From a virus (lineage: Duplodnaviria; Caudoviricetes), in the IMG/VR virus record IMGVR_UViG_3300014501_000021, positions 1 through 59,180 of that record: a stretch of DNA of 59,180 bases. One strand, 5' to 3'. Numbering within the stretch: position 1 is the stretch's first letter; each line of letters opens with the position of its first letter. Positions 21,201-29,897 of this stretch are shown here, piece by piece. The position numbers and the translations under genes were made by a program. The notes beneath the pieces were generated by a model. That model ran no database searches, had not been told where the DNA came from, and saw nothing but the letters and a program-made list of their open reading frames with translations.

Positions 21201-21721
21201 ATGTTGCGGGTGGTATCAATGTTCATTTAGCTACTGATGCTAACTTTTTAGTACAGACATTTGGCGTAGGAGACGTGACCCTTTCTGCGGTAAATGACGC
21301 ATACAACGCTAATACGCCAATGGCGTTCCGCGCGAGCAGCTATGTTTTTGAGAATCCGGGCGCAAGCACTGCTACTTTTAACGTTCCAGTTACAATCGCG
21401 GATGGTACACAAGCAGCGGGGTATGTATTCACTTCCGATGCATCGGGCGATGGTTCGTGGCAGGCGCCTGCTGCGCAGCCACAGGTATTAGCTCTTATGT
21501 CTAGTCCGGGAGCTGTTGGGGGAGCTACACAGACATTGACGGTGACAGGGCTTCTTGCTACAGATACTATCTTGGCGGTGACACAGATTACTCCAGGCGC
21601 GTCAGCAACGCTATCATTACTAGGAGTTAATCTACCTCAATCAGACGGATCTATATCCGTTTATTGGGTAGCAGATCCGGGAGTCGGCGCGGTTGTACTC
21701 GTATCAGTTTTACGATCTTAA
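18272..21721 (+). CDS. fibre/adhesin with beta-helix-like segment and two 7-blade FDG propellers
   Basis: N-terminus paralogous to 4212 (MTTIHPILLTQT); GNYSTLTQAV..FFQAGDYVE beta-helix-type start; 14 FDG-W repeats in two clusters. Confidence 0.75.
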   Translation: MTTIHPILLTQTGTAPTTGEVLTATSSTTASWLPASGGGSNGPNYYIIGPTGNYSTLTQAVAAHPEWTDGTLAVTVTIFFQAGDYVESPIVLNGGTGSINLTCTTSPDSLAILNYNSATPAITHAGGTLTIAQLQITNPVGVVINCTGTFPSDGLIIGNDSFIDTDLGAVPYALTFNSAGSLNVQGNSLVFGIHYNGSGTQSSLNLNQALVFNYGAPPLYIANGPEFGTPFGFTVNYSQLSEFSNTFPAIFGAANGYGGNISFNDLNGSAPTSNNIGTNAGAIGSVPLATNPSGGGGILQVQGDFSANSITTPAFQVTTGASAGAVLTSDGSGNATWQAPAAGFVLGAVTSYAIGTTTADDIAFDGVNMWVSDGSSGGGVAKVSPDGGYTFYPAGSGYPGGIAFDGVNMWQTGYTLAKIAPNGTAITFAAAAGQPQSIAFDGVNMWTANYSDNSVTKITPDLTQTVYSIPDCTTPGGIAFDGVNMWMAGIVSNTISMITPSGVSVTYPLSGINPYGVAFDGTNMWVAFGGSQAVSMVAPDGTETYYSGAPDFGAKIAFDGTDMWVTCGGGSGSGNVIQVSPSGAFTLWPVASSYSQGIAWDGQNMWVASFSNNVYKVAVSPDYHIAPNPDDLFGYAVLNKEGQENIAVGTTLLDIPIAGGYQTIFDGTNIWVLNYASNTATPVLASTGTIGTSITVGNNPFRGVFDGTNIWVISATDASVTQVSVDTLSPVATYVIAGASAPSGISFDGTYFWIADYATGDVYKMNNLGTVLDTIPVAGELYGIPFDGANVWAVSASANTVTKIQTSNSAIIGTYPTNLSYSYEACFDGNNIWVSDAGGTNVTKFQASTGTLLGTFPAGNNCYGLCFDGTYIWSPGNLDNVLVQLLAATGATVGTYHISSGGTLVGVTFDGNNIWTVSAVDLTKVADPLPLDPWAILPRGAILSTGLAIPTGAAGGDLSGTYPDPVVSSIDGVPVSNVAGGINVHLATDANFLVQTFGVGDVTLSAVNDAYNANTPMAFRASSYVFENPGASTATFNVPVTIADGTQAAGYVFTSDASGDGSWQAPAAQPQVLALMSSPGAVGGATQTLTVTGLLATDTILAVTQITPGASATLSLLGVNLPQSDGSISVYWVADPGVGAVVLVSVLRS
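19466..19729 (+). repeat. exact 36-nt direct repeat inside propeller-coding sequence
   Basis: CCTGGAGGTATCGCGTTTGATGGCGTCAATATGTGG at 19466-19501 and 19694-19729; its 24-nt core also occurs at 19358-19381. Confidence 0.9.
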
Positions 21722-21737
21722 TTATAAGGAGATTAAA

Positions 21738-22202
21738 ATGAAAATTCGTTACGATGGTTCAGGAAATATTAATGCGTGTTGCGTCAATTCCGCCTCTCTT
21801 GGTGGATCAACAGTTATTACTATCCCCGATAACGCCGCACTTCTATCGAACCCTTGGAAGTATACATGGAATGCAACTACTGGTTCTTTAGTACTTAGAG
21901 AGGCGGTGGTTCTATCTACTGCGACTCCTCTTACTAACGGAGTGCCAACCGCTTCCGTGAATACTAACATTGTTGTTACCTTGACTGCTAAGAATTCTTC
22001 TGGGGCAACAGATACATCCGCAAACTTTGTGGTATCTCTTTCGGACTTGAACGCGGCGCCTGGCTCTCCTGCTATCCCTAGCGTCACGCTAGCTTCAGGG
22101 GTAGGTACAGCTACTCTTACATCCGCTACTGCAAAGAAGATGCTTCTATGTGCTCGCTCAGCAGGAGTTTGCTCCGGTAGCCTTGCTGTAGCGTTCGCGT
22201 AA
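21738..22202 (+). CDS. small structural protein with Ig-like C-terminus
   Basis: Start reassigned to ATG 21738, downstream of AAGGAGA; beta-rich C-terminus. Confidence 0.65.
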   Translation: MKIRYDGSGNINACCVNSASLGGSTVITIPDNAALLSNPWKYTWNATTGSLVLREAVVLSTATPLTNGVPTASVNTNIVVTLTAKNSSGATDTSANFVVSLSDLNAAPGSPAIPSVTLASGVGTATLTSATAKKMLLCARSAGVCSGSLAVAFA

Positions 22203-22246
22203 AGTAATTTATACTTACAGGCCAGTAGTCTCGTTGAGGATAAACT

Positions 22247-22801
22247 ATGTTAAACTGTGAATGTCGAGATCATAATCGTTGGCACGATAAATGTAATAAT
22301 CACTGCGCTAGTTGCTTTGAGCGCAGATGGAGTGATCAGGAAAGAAAACTTGTTCGTGATTCAATGATTCTTATGCCTGAGCGCTTCAGGGCTACTGCTA
22401 ACGACGAAAGAGTTTTGATGTTCCTCGAAACAGTTGTCGCGGATATCAATGCTATTCCCCCGTCTGAAAGCCTTCGCATAGATGATTTATCTCCGATCAT
22501 AATTCCTATTGTTCGATTCGGTGCGAGCTTGTATGCCCAGATCTTTCAGCAGATGGGTGCGACAATCGACGACTTCACTTGGAGTGACCAGGGTATAACT
22601 GTCGCCATCGATCAGACAAGTAAAATCAATGCGTCTCTCGCAAATACAACGAAGGCGTATGAACGTATGCTTGTTAATTATAAGAAGACTCGTGTTATTG
22701 CACAAGGTGGTCGTGGATTGGGTACTCCTCGGTATCAATCGCAGCTTGGGCAGTTCTTAAAGATTGCGCTTGGAAGCTCGTTCTTATTCAACTCTTTTTA
22801 A
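22247..22801 (+). CDS. probable head-tail adaptor/neck protein
   Basis: Helical 184 aa with D.F.WSDQGITVAID motif; first gene of the neck/tail block; GAGGA RBS. Confidence 0.5.
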   Translation: MLNCECRDHNRWHDKCNNHCASCFERRWSDQERKLVRDSMILMPERFRATANDERVLMFLETVVADINAIPPSESLRIDDLSPIIIPIVRFGASLYAQIFQQMGATIDDFTWSDQGITVAIDQTSKINASLANTTKAYERMLVNYKKTRVIAQGGRGLGTPRYQSQLGQFLKIALGSSFLFNSF

Positions 22802-22834
22802 CGCTTGTCCAAAGCATTTTAAGCGTTTAAGGAT

Positions 22835-22978
22835 ATGTTTAATAAGCTTTGCTGCTTAGTAAATCCTATTTGTGATGATGGTCCTTGTATTGATTGTATG
22901 CGTGAGTTAGCAAGGAAGTATATGGCTCTAGTTGACGGTGATTTTGTCGCGGCGAAAAATTTGACAGATTTAGTATAG
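22835..22978 (+). CDS. possible 47-aa Cys-rich ORF
   Basis: MFNKLCCLVNPICDDGPCIDCMRE...TDLV*; fills the intergenic gap, but RBS spacing is poor. Confidence 0.35.
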   Translation: MFNKLCCLVNPICDDGPCIDCMRELARKYMALVDGDFVAAKNLTDLV

Positions 22979-22990
22979 ACCGTTTATAAT
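22961..22990 (+). promoter_or_regulatory. consensus sigma70/sigmaA promoter
   Basis: TTGACA (22961-22966), N18, TATAAT (22985-22990); 15 nt upstream of ATG 23006 with an AGGA RBS. Confidence 0.75.
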
Positions 22991-23005
22991 AGCGAACAGG
23001 ATACT

Positions 23006-23482
23006 ATGGAAAAACTGAATAAGTTGAGCGCGAAAGAAGAGTCCGGCGAACAAAATCTTAGTGGCTTGTATAGAGTCACTATGGATGTCCATGTTACTGA
23101 TCAAAATGTCGAAGCTCTTAAGGAGCTTGCAAAGAAGCTGGGCGACATTAATGATATGACAATTGAGAGGCATGCCTCTGAGTCGCCCTTTAGTATTGGC
23201 GACACAATTGAATTGACATCAGAATACACCTGCGACAAATCTGTTTATCAAGATTCTTGCGGGAATCTATTCATCTCTGACAGACCCGTAGAAGGCAGTG
23301 TCGAGAAGATTGGGGTGTTCCGGGTTAGTTTGCCTGCAGGCACTTTCGCTGAAGTCAATAACAAGTCAACAAATGGCTCTACAGAGGTACTCTTCTCTGG
23401 TGAATCTATTTATTTAGATGACATTAGCAGAATTGCCTATCTAGGGATTTTAGCACTACCTTCGGCACTGCTTGCTAAATAA
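23006..23482 (+). CDS. hypothetical protein
   Basis: 158-aa acidic ORF with its own promoter; TAATG-coupled to the next gene. Confidence 0.7.
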   Translation: MEKLNKLSAKEESGEQNLSGLYRVTMDVHVTDQNVEALKELAKKLGDINDMTIERHASESPFSIGDTIELTSEYTCDKSVYQDSCGNLFISDRPVEGSVEKIGVFRVSLPAGTFAEVNNKSTNGSTEVLFSGESIYLDDISRIAYLGILALPSALLAK

Positions 23483-24072
23483 TGATTGCTCCTACTCCAG
23501 TCTATGGCGTATCCGTTGAGAATCTTCTCGCTGGGCGTCGTATGCTCATCGAGTGGGATCTTAACCCATTGAATCAAGGTATAACGCAATATACTGTTTG
23601 GCGTTCGACTCAGGAGTATCAGGGCTTTGAGAAGATCGCAACTCTCAATTCTCCTACGTACCAGTTCATTGATAAGGTTCCTTATACGTTCGGCGTAATA
23701 TTCTTTTATAAAGTTCTGGCTGTTAATGCCGCAGGTGTTTCAAGTAACATCACTCAGTCTAATGCCGTATCAGATCAGACGTTTGATGACTTCGAAGAAA
23801 AACCATTCAGAGCTACTACGTTACAATTTGATGCATTAGTAACTAATGAGACTCCCGGTGGTACCGTTGACGGCGTAAATAAAACATTTACAACAGCTAA
23901 CTTATTCAGATTTGATTCTTTGCAAGTTTATCTTAATGGTATCAACCGCATTAACGCAAATTCAAACGCTTCCGTAGTTGACTATACCGAGGGAGCGAAC
24001 CAGATGTCCTTTACGTTTTCGAATGCGCCGGCGCAAAATGATATCATAGTTGTTACTTATCTTAAACTATAA
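23482..24072 (+). CDS. structural protein, fibronectin-III-like plus Ig-like module
   Basis: LIEWD..ITQYTVWRS..FIDK...YKVLAVNAAGVSS (FN3 pattern); C-terminal DGVNKTFTT..LQVYLNG..DYTE..FTFSNAP module. Confidence 0.65.
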   Translation: MIAPTPVYGVSVENLLAGRRMLIEWDLNPLNQGITQYTVWRSTQEYQGFEKIATLNSPTYQFIDKVPYTFGVIFFYKVLAVNAAGVSSNITQSNAVSDQTFDDFEEKPFRATTLQFDALVTNETPGGTVDGVNKTFTTANLFRFDSLQVYLNGINRINANSNASVVDYTEGANQMSFTFSNAPAQNDIIVVTYLKL

Positions 24073-24677
24073 TGGCACATCTTCAGATTCTTCCATCGAT
24101 CAACGATCGCGTTGATCCGCTTGTTGAGAGATTCCTCGACATGCGAGAGAAGCTTCGATGGATGTTAGCGATGGGTGGAGAGCGTGTCCTTCTTTATAAG
24201 AGATTGTATTCTGGAGAGCTCTCTCCTTATTATGATCCAATTAGAAAGACGGTGCAGGCGAATCCAACAGATTTTATTGGATACGGTACGCCATTCGTTG
24301 GGGGCTTTTACGGACCGTTTGAAATTTTCGTAAGCTTACAGAGCGGTTCAACCCCCCAACAGATCACTTCTTATGATCAAGGATTGAGAAGAACCTTCAA
24401 CGCTGTTGGTAACTGGGCGCTATGGGAACCGCAGCTTAATAATAAAGATTTTATTGTACGTAGAAACAATCAGAGATTGTGGATCACAGATGTAGATATT
24501 TCCAAATGGAGACATCACGTTCTTCATTATTCTTTTAAGACAAGTGAAATTGAGCGTAGCAACGTTATTTACAATATCCCTATAACTGGGTTAGCGGATA
24601 CTCAGACAGGCTTAGTTTGTCCTATAACTCCGTTACCTACATCTCCTCCATTACCAATATCTGAAGTGCAAGTTTAA
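24072..24677 (+). CDS. probable head-closure/neck protein
   Basis: GGERVLLYKR...GTPFVGGFYGP...WALWEPQLNNKDFIVR pattern and position between adaptor and tail terminator. Confidence 0.5.
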   Translation: MAHLQILPSINDRVDPLVERFLDMREKLRWMLAMGGERVLLYKRLYSGELSPYYDPIRKTVQANPTDFIGYGTPFVGGFYGPFEIFVSLQSGSTPQQITSYDQGLRRTFNAVGNWALWEPQLNNKDFIVRRNNQRLWITDVDISKWRHHVLHYSFKTSEIERSNVIYNIPITGLADTQTGLVCPITPLPTSPPLPISEVQV

Positions 24678-24684
24678 ATTTTAA

Positions 24685-25536
24685 ATGGCCAACTATTCAT
24701 GGATCGGTCCCATCATCATCAAACGTGTTCGGGATGCGATTGTCCTGAACTTACGTCGACAATTTTCGTATGACACGATGTATCCCTATGTAGAGACTGT
24801 AACGTTTACAGCTCTTCCAGGTGTAGTGAATCTTGATCTTGAATCGCCGTACGTAACAGGCGCTGGCACTAATTTTACAAAAACTCTTAACGCTGGAAAC
24901 AGAATTCAGTTTGCAAGTGATGTTAATTATTACTACGTCCTATCCGTTGCGAGCGATACTAGTTTAACGTTGACGACTAATTATACGGGACAGACAGTTT
25001 CGAGCGCGACAATAAGTATTGCGTCTAACGTTGTGGTAAATTTTGATTGTACGCGTATAGCCATCAACGACGCAACGCCTCAAGACTATTACTACTTACC
25101 TGCACTTGTAGTAAAGACGGCTGCTGGTGAAGAACATCGTTTTCTACAAGAAGATTTTTTCGAAGAATTTACAGATGTGAATGGAAACCAAAGCGAACGC
25201 AGAGGCGCTCCTATGGATATCAACGTAACGATAGAGGCGTTAGCTATAGACGTAATCACAAGAGATCAGCTGGTAGACCGCTTATACGAAAAGTTCAAAA
25301 TTATTACGACGGATCTTGCAGAAAATGGTATAGGTATCTTAAAGACGTCGATACTTCCTGACGATCGAAAATTCGAAAATGATCGTTGGTGGTATACATC
25401 CAGTATTTCGATGAAGTTGTACGCAGAGTGGTTGGATGAGGATATCGCAGCATTGAATTCGTCGATGACGGGCGTTAAGACGGGAATCTACACAGCACAT
25501 GGCGTTGATCAACGTTTCCAGATCAAAGATAGTTAA
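24685..25536 (+). CDS. probable tail completion/terminator protein with an inserted beta-barrel module
   Basis: Immediately upstream of the sheath; TIEALAIDVITRDQLVD motif; insertion VTGAGTNFT..GNRIQF..VLSVASDTSLTL. Confidence 0.55.
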   Translation: MANYSWIGPIIIKRVRDAIVLNLRRQFSYDTMYPYVETVTFTALPGVVNLDLESPYVTGAGTNFTKTLNAGNRIQFASDVNYYYVLSVASDTSLTLTTNYTGQTVSSATISIASNVVVNFDCTRIAINDATPQDYYYLPALVVKTAAGEEHRFLQEDFFEEFTDVNGNQSERRGAPMDINVTIEALAIDVITRDQLVDRLYEKFKIITTDLAENGIGILKTSILPDDRKFENDRWWYTSSISMKLYAEWLDEDIAALNSSMTGVKTGIYTAHGVDQRFQIKDS

Positions 25537-25565
25537 TACGGTCAAAAATTTAGGAGAAAATCCCT

Positions 25566-28500
25566 ATGGCAGACACAGCACCTTCTTTAGCGGCAGAGAA
25601 TGCCGAAAGCGGCGTAGTAGTTACATACGTACCCGCTACTAACCAGCCTTCTGTTCCGGGTGGTATACGTGTAGTCGGTCTTATCGGCACGGGATTGAAT
25701 TACAAGAATGTTACCGTTAAGGTAACTCGTGGGTCCGTTCTTAATGGACTTGATCCGCTAACTCCTGTGGCACTATCGCTACCTAGCACGATCACTGATG
25801 AAAACTATGTTGTCTACGCGTTAAATGCTGATTATACTCTTTCATTACCTGAGAGTATCTCTGGCAGCTGGACTCCTGTATCTCTTATAACCGGAATCCT
25901 TGCTCTTAATATTAACGGAGACGGACAGCAGACGATCATGCTTAATCTCGCGGATTCGGGTGGAGCGCAGATCGCAGCAGACATCCAGACTAAGGTGCGC
26001 GCTCTTGTACCTTTCAACTCGTCCAACGCTCTTGCGTATAGCGGCTTCTTAGCCTCTTATAATAATGGACAATTCACGCTAGAGTCTGGAACATTTCCTA
26101 TCGGGTCCGTTGTCGTCAACCCTGCAATCGGTGACGCGGGTATTTTAAATCTAGGAGTCGGTAATCCTGGCGCGGTAGAGACGGCTGGCGGAGGAGTTAA
26201 CTGGGGTCCTGAAGGATTTGCGTTCGATACTGGATCTATTAACGTAGGTGTCGGAGCATTCCCTTACGGAGTTAACCTTGACGGACAGACCTTTGAAGTC
26301 TACGCCAACGGCAGCCAGATGGCGCAGCTCGTTGACTTCGTTGGAGTTAACATTCGCCCTTCCTTCTTTACAGCATTAACAGGTTCTGTATCTCTTACTG
26401 TTGGATCAACAACGGTAACGGGTACGGGTACTACCTTCCTTTCACAGTTAGCTCCTGGCGATATTGTTCAGTTTACAGGAGATCCTACTCATACGTATAC
26501 TGTTGTAAGCATCGCAAGCAATCTCAGCATGCAGCTTGCTACACCTTACGCAGGACCTGCATTAGCTCTTGGATACGCTCTCGTTGCTGCAACTGCCATC
26601 ACGGGATCCGCTGGAGTAGGCACTATCATCAACGGCGATTTAGACATCGCCCCTAACGACCTTACTTCTGTCACTAACTTCCCGCCGGGTGTTGTTAACG
26701 GCGGACAGCATGGTGATGACGCAACCGCCATCGCGGCTCAAGCGGCGGCCTTGGCAGCATTCACAGCCGGGCAGACTGCGGGTGCATCTGGTACTACAAT
26801 TCCATCAACCTTAGATGGACAGACTCTTCTTCCTGGAGCGTATCAGTTTGCGTCGGGCACCGCGACATTGGCTACATCAGGTCCCGGAACTCTTACGTTC
26901 AACGGTCCTTCATCCGCAAGCTGGATCATCTATACAGCTACTACGTTAACGACGGGAGCAGGCGGTACACCTACAATGTCGTTTATTGGTGGATGTTCTG
27001 CGGCAAACGTTCTATGGATTATTGGATCTTCTGCTACACTTAACAGTGGAGTTTCTGGTACTTTTGGTGGAAATCTTATCGCGTATACAAGTATTACGGT
27101 TACTTCAGGTGGAATTGTTAACGGCTCATTGGCAGCGCTGAACGGTGCTATCACTCTATCAGCTCCTACTATCGTTAATGGCTCTTCCGCAAATACCGTT
27201 GTAAGTCTTGGTACTGGAATTATTCAGCAGATGAATGCTGCATTCTCTCCTGTAATAACGTTTAATTCTACTATCTCCTCAGCGTCATATACCGTTACTC
27301 TTCCACAGTTGCCTCAAGCGGGAGATACATTAATTGTATACGTAGGTTCTTCAAGTCCTACTCTTTATACGTGGACTGCGGGAGTACCGCTAGCTACTCA
27401 GTACAACTTGAATCCAGCAACAGGAATCGTAACGTTCAATGCAGCTGCGGCAAATCAATTCGTTGCAATCACTTACGCAGTAGCACCTACGTTAGTAGCG
27501 TCTGTTGATATCGAGGGTAGCGCAAACTACATCAAGGTATCCACTACTTCTAATGATAACGCGGTAGTCCAGATCGGTAATGGTACTGTTAACGCAAGCC
27601 TTGGATTCACAGCAGGTACTCAAGTAGCTGGTCCTAAGGAGCCTGCTTACCTTACGACTTATTCTTTCACGTATGGAACACCAAAGGTATCAACGCTCAC
27701 GCTGGACGATTACGGTCCTACTCTGTACACTGACTTAACAAGTCTTGTTGGAGCGTATGGTCCTGTTGCAACGACAAACGATCTCGCGGGATCTCCTTAC
27801 TCTGTAACTAATACGCTCCCGCTAGGTGCTCAGATTGTCTTTACAAACAGCGCAAACACTGGTGGAATTATGGCAGTACAGTGTAATCCAGCAGATGGTA
27901 CTCCGTTAGCTCAGTTCCAGGCGGCTCTAAATAAGCTAGCATCTGTCCCAGGCGTTAACATCGTTGTATGTTTGACTCCGATGTCTCTTTTGTATCCGTC
28001 TATCGTAGCCCACGTCGTTAACTGCAGTCAGCCGCTAGATGGTCTTTTCCGCACGGCTGTCATGGGGTTTGATCCGACAACAACTACAATTGAGTCAGCA
28101 ATCAATCAGGCGGAAGGAATTGCAGCAAGTGGTAATGGAAGACGCTTCTTAATGCCATGGCCTGCATCTGTCAATATTGCTCTTGCTAACAACACGAACG
28201 CACAACTTGATGGATCCTTCCTTGCAGCTGCTATCGCAGGACTACGTATCAATGGAAACAACGACGTCGCTACTCCGTTACTAAGACAGCAGCTATATCC
28301 GTTCACAACCGCCGCTGTTAACCTTCTTCGCACAGATAAGCTCGAACTGCGCGACGGTGGAGTAACCGTTGTAGAACTTCAGAACGGACTTGTTCGTATC
28401 ACTGAGGATACAACGACCGATCGTTCAACAATTGATAACCAGGAATTCTCTGTAACTGAAATCGTCGACTTCGTTGCAACGACTTGTGCCACACTTCTTA

Positions 28501-28727
28501 ACTCAATCTTCATCGGCGTTAAGATTCTTTCAAATACTACAAGTATCGTTACAGCGACAGTGCAGGTACTTCTTAATAACTTGATCGCCTTGAACATTCT
28601 TACAGACTATCAAAACGTTCAAGTTCAGGTTAACCCGCTGGACCCTAGACAGATCGATATCTCATTCGAAGTCGCTCCTGTATACGGTCTTAGATACATC
28701 TCCGTCACCTTCTCACTAGAGCAGTAA
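25566..28727 (+). CDS. contractile tail sheath protein with multiple inserted domains including a DUF3494-like ice-binding domain
   Basis: N-terminal GVVVT..RVVGLIGTG; C-terminal sheath core (DGSFLAAAIAG..LRDGGVTVVE..VRITEDTTT..QEFSVTEIVDFV..DPRQIDISFEVAPVYGLRYISVTF). Confidence 0.9.
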   Translation: MADTAPSLAAENAESGVVVTYVPATNQPSVPGGIRVVGLIGTGLNYKNVTVKVTRGSVLNGLDPLTPVALSLPSTITDENYVVYALNADYTLSLPESISGSWTPVSLITGILALNINGDGQQTIMLNLADSGGAQIAADIQTKVRALVPFNSSNALAYSGFLASYNNGQFTLESGTFPIGSVVVNPAIGDAGILNLGVGNPGAVETAGGGVNWGPEGFAFDTGSINVGVGAFPYGVNLDGQTFEVYANGSQMAQLVDFVGVNIRPSFFTALTGSVSLTVGSTTVTGTGTTFLSQLAPGDIVQFTGDPTHTYTVVSIASNLSMQLATPYAGPALALGYALVAATAITGSAGVGTIINGDLDIAPNDLTSVTNFPPGVVNGGQHGDDATAIAAQAAALAAFTAGQTAGASGTTIPSTLDGQTLLPGAYQFASGTATLATSGPGTLTFNGPSSASWIIYTATTLTTGAGGTPTMSFIGGCSAANVLWIIGSSATLNSGVSGTFGGNLIAYTSITVTSGGIVNGSLAALNGAITLSAPTIVNGSSANTVVSLGTGIIQQMNAAFSPVITFNSTISSASYTVTLPQLPQAGDTLIVYVGSSSPTLYTWTAGVPLATQYNLNPATGIVTFNAAAANQFVAITYAVAPTLVASVDIEGSANYIKVSTTSNDNAVVQIGNGTVNASLGFTAGTQVAGPKEPAYLTTYSFTYGTPKVSTLTLDDYGPTLYTDLTSLVGAYGPVATTNDLAGSPYSVTNTLPLGAQIVFTNSANTGGIMAVQCNPADGTPLAQFQAALNKLASVPGVNIVVCLTPMSLLYPSIVAHVVNCSQPLDGLFRTAVMGFDPTTTTIESAINQAEGIAASGNGRRFLMPWPASVNIALANNTNAQLDGSFLAAAIAGLRINGNNDVATPLLRQQLYPFTTAAVNLLRTDKLELRDGGVTVVELQNGLVRITEDTTTDRSTIDNQEFSVTEIVDFVATTCATLLNSIFIGVKILSNTTSIVTATVQVLLNNLIALNILTDYQNVQVQVNPLDPRQIDISFEVAPVYGLRYISVTFSLEQ
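26574..27179 (+). other. DUF3494-type ice-binding domain, copy 1 (in tail sheath)
   Basis: YALVAATAIT..INGDLDIAP..SVTNFPPG..G.QH.DD..A..AQ..A..AF; LDGQTLLPGAY; TLTT; AANVLWIIGSSATL; F.GNLIA.TSITV..G..VNGSLAA.NGAITL. This is the full DUF3494 motif series. Confidence 0.85.
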
Positions 28728-28735
28728 TCTGACCA

Positions 28736-29326
28736 ATGGCTACGCCGCAACTACCGCAAACAGAACAGCGTCTAGCGACATCGCTCTCCATTTATTTCTT
28801 ACCGGAGAGTTCGATTAGCTTAAGCACTTCTTTTGCAAGTATCTTTGCGCCGAGATCTACGACAACGGCCGTTGTAAATCAAATGCAACAGTTAGATGGT
28901 ATTGTTTCTTTTAATGAAGAACAGTCTAGAACGTTAGACTGGCGGTATGAAATAGATTCGGACGGCATTGGGGCCCCGCTAGAAGTTATGGCGTCCCCAG
29001 TGCGTCATACTATTAAACTTAAAAGGGCTGTAACGTACTATGCCGACTTAATTAGTATTCTTGGATTCAACTCATTAGGGATTAATTCAAGTCAAGGAAT
29101 ACCCGCTGACGGAACAGTTGACGGCGGATTGCTCGCGCAAGCTATCACAAACCCCTATATCTTCATAAAGAAAGAGATTGATCCGTCGGGTAACGATATT
29201 GTTACTTTTTATAGAAATTGCTTGCTAGGCACCATAACGAAGGATGCGGCTGTAAATGCAGGGGTGCTAGGCATGTATGAAGACGCCGTGATTTACTACG
29301 CAGATCGTCAACTATTTACAGGCTAA
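28736..29326 (+). CDS. tail tube protein paralog 1
   Basis: Directly after the sheath; RLATSLSI..GIVSFNEEQSR..RYEI..IKLKRAVTY..TFYRNCLL tube-like pattern. Confidence 0.7.
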   Translation: MATPQLPQTEQRLATSLSIYFLPESSISLSTSFASIFAPRSTTTAVVNQMQQLDGIVSFNEEQSRTLDWRYEIDSDGIGAPLEVMASPVRHTIKLKRAVTYYADLISILGFNSLGINSSQGIPADGTVDGGLLAQAITNPYIFIKKEIDPSGNDIVTFYRNCLLGTITKDAAVNAGVLGMYEDAVIYYADRQLFTG

Positions 29327-29341
29327 TCGCAGGAGAAATAA

Positions 29342-29869
29342 ATGGCAACACCACAATTACCAGTAACAGTAGCCCGATTATCTACATCGGTTACTATCAG
29401 ACTTATTCCGATGGATACTCTTAATGCGGCAGCATTAGCTAACCCTGCGTCTATTCTGACAGCGGTGCAGAGCTCCCCTATTGGTGCTGTAGAGAGTTTT
29501 TCGGAAACTAATTCGCGCCCAGCGGTAATCCGTTTCGAGATGAACTCTGACGCTCCAGGAGTTGTACAAGAAGTAACTCCTAACCAGGTTGAAGCTCGTA
29601 CTATTACTCTTGATCGCGTTGTATTGTATTCTGGCGACGTTCTCGATACCTTTGATGTTACGAATGGAGATATCGTATTCCAGTATTATCCCTTCGCATT
29701 GATCAAGGTAGAAGTAGCGCCGGCATCCGCTAACCTTCCCGACATTATCACCGTTTATCGTGACTGTTGGTTCACAACTAACCCGAAGGCATACGCAGTC
29801 CGTACTGACTTAAAGATCATCCAGACGGTTAACATCACATACTCAGAGAGAGAAGTCGTACAAGTATAA
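29342..29869 (+). CDS. tail tube protein paralog 2
   Basis: Same MATPQLP start and IGAVESFSETNSR..ITLDRVVLY..TVYRDCWF pattern; strong AGGAG RBS. Confidence 0.75.
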   Translation: MATPQLPVTVARLSTSVTIRLIPMDTLNAAALANPASILTAVQSSPIGAVESFSETNSRPAVIRFEMNSDAPGVVQEVTPNQVEARTITLDRVVLYSGDVLDTFDVTNGDIVFQYYPFALIKVEVAPASANLPDIITVYRDCWFTTNPKAYAVRTDLKIIQTVNITYSEREVVQV

Positions 29870-29897
29870 TTCGTTTTGATTTATCGGAGAAGAAAAG

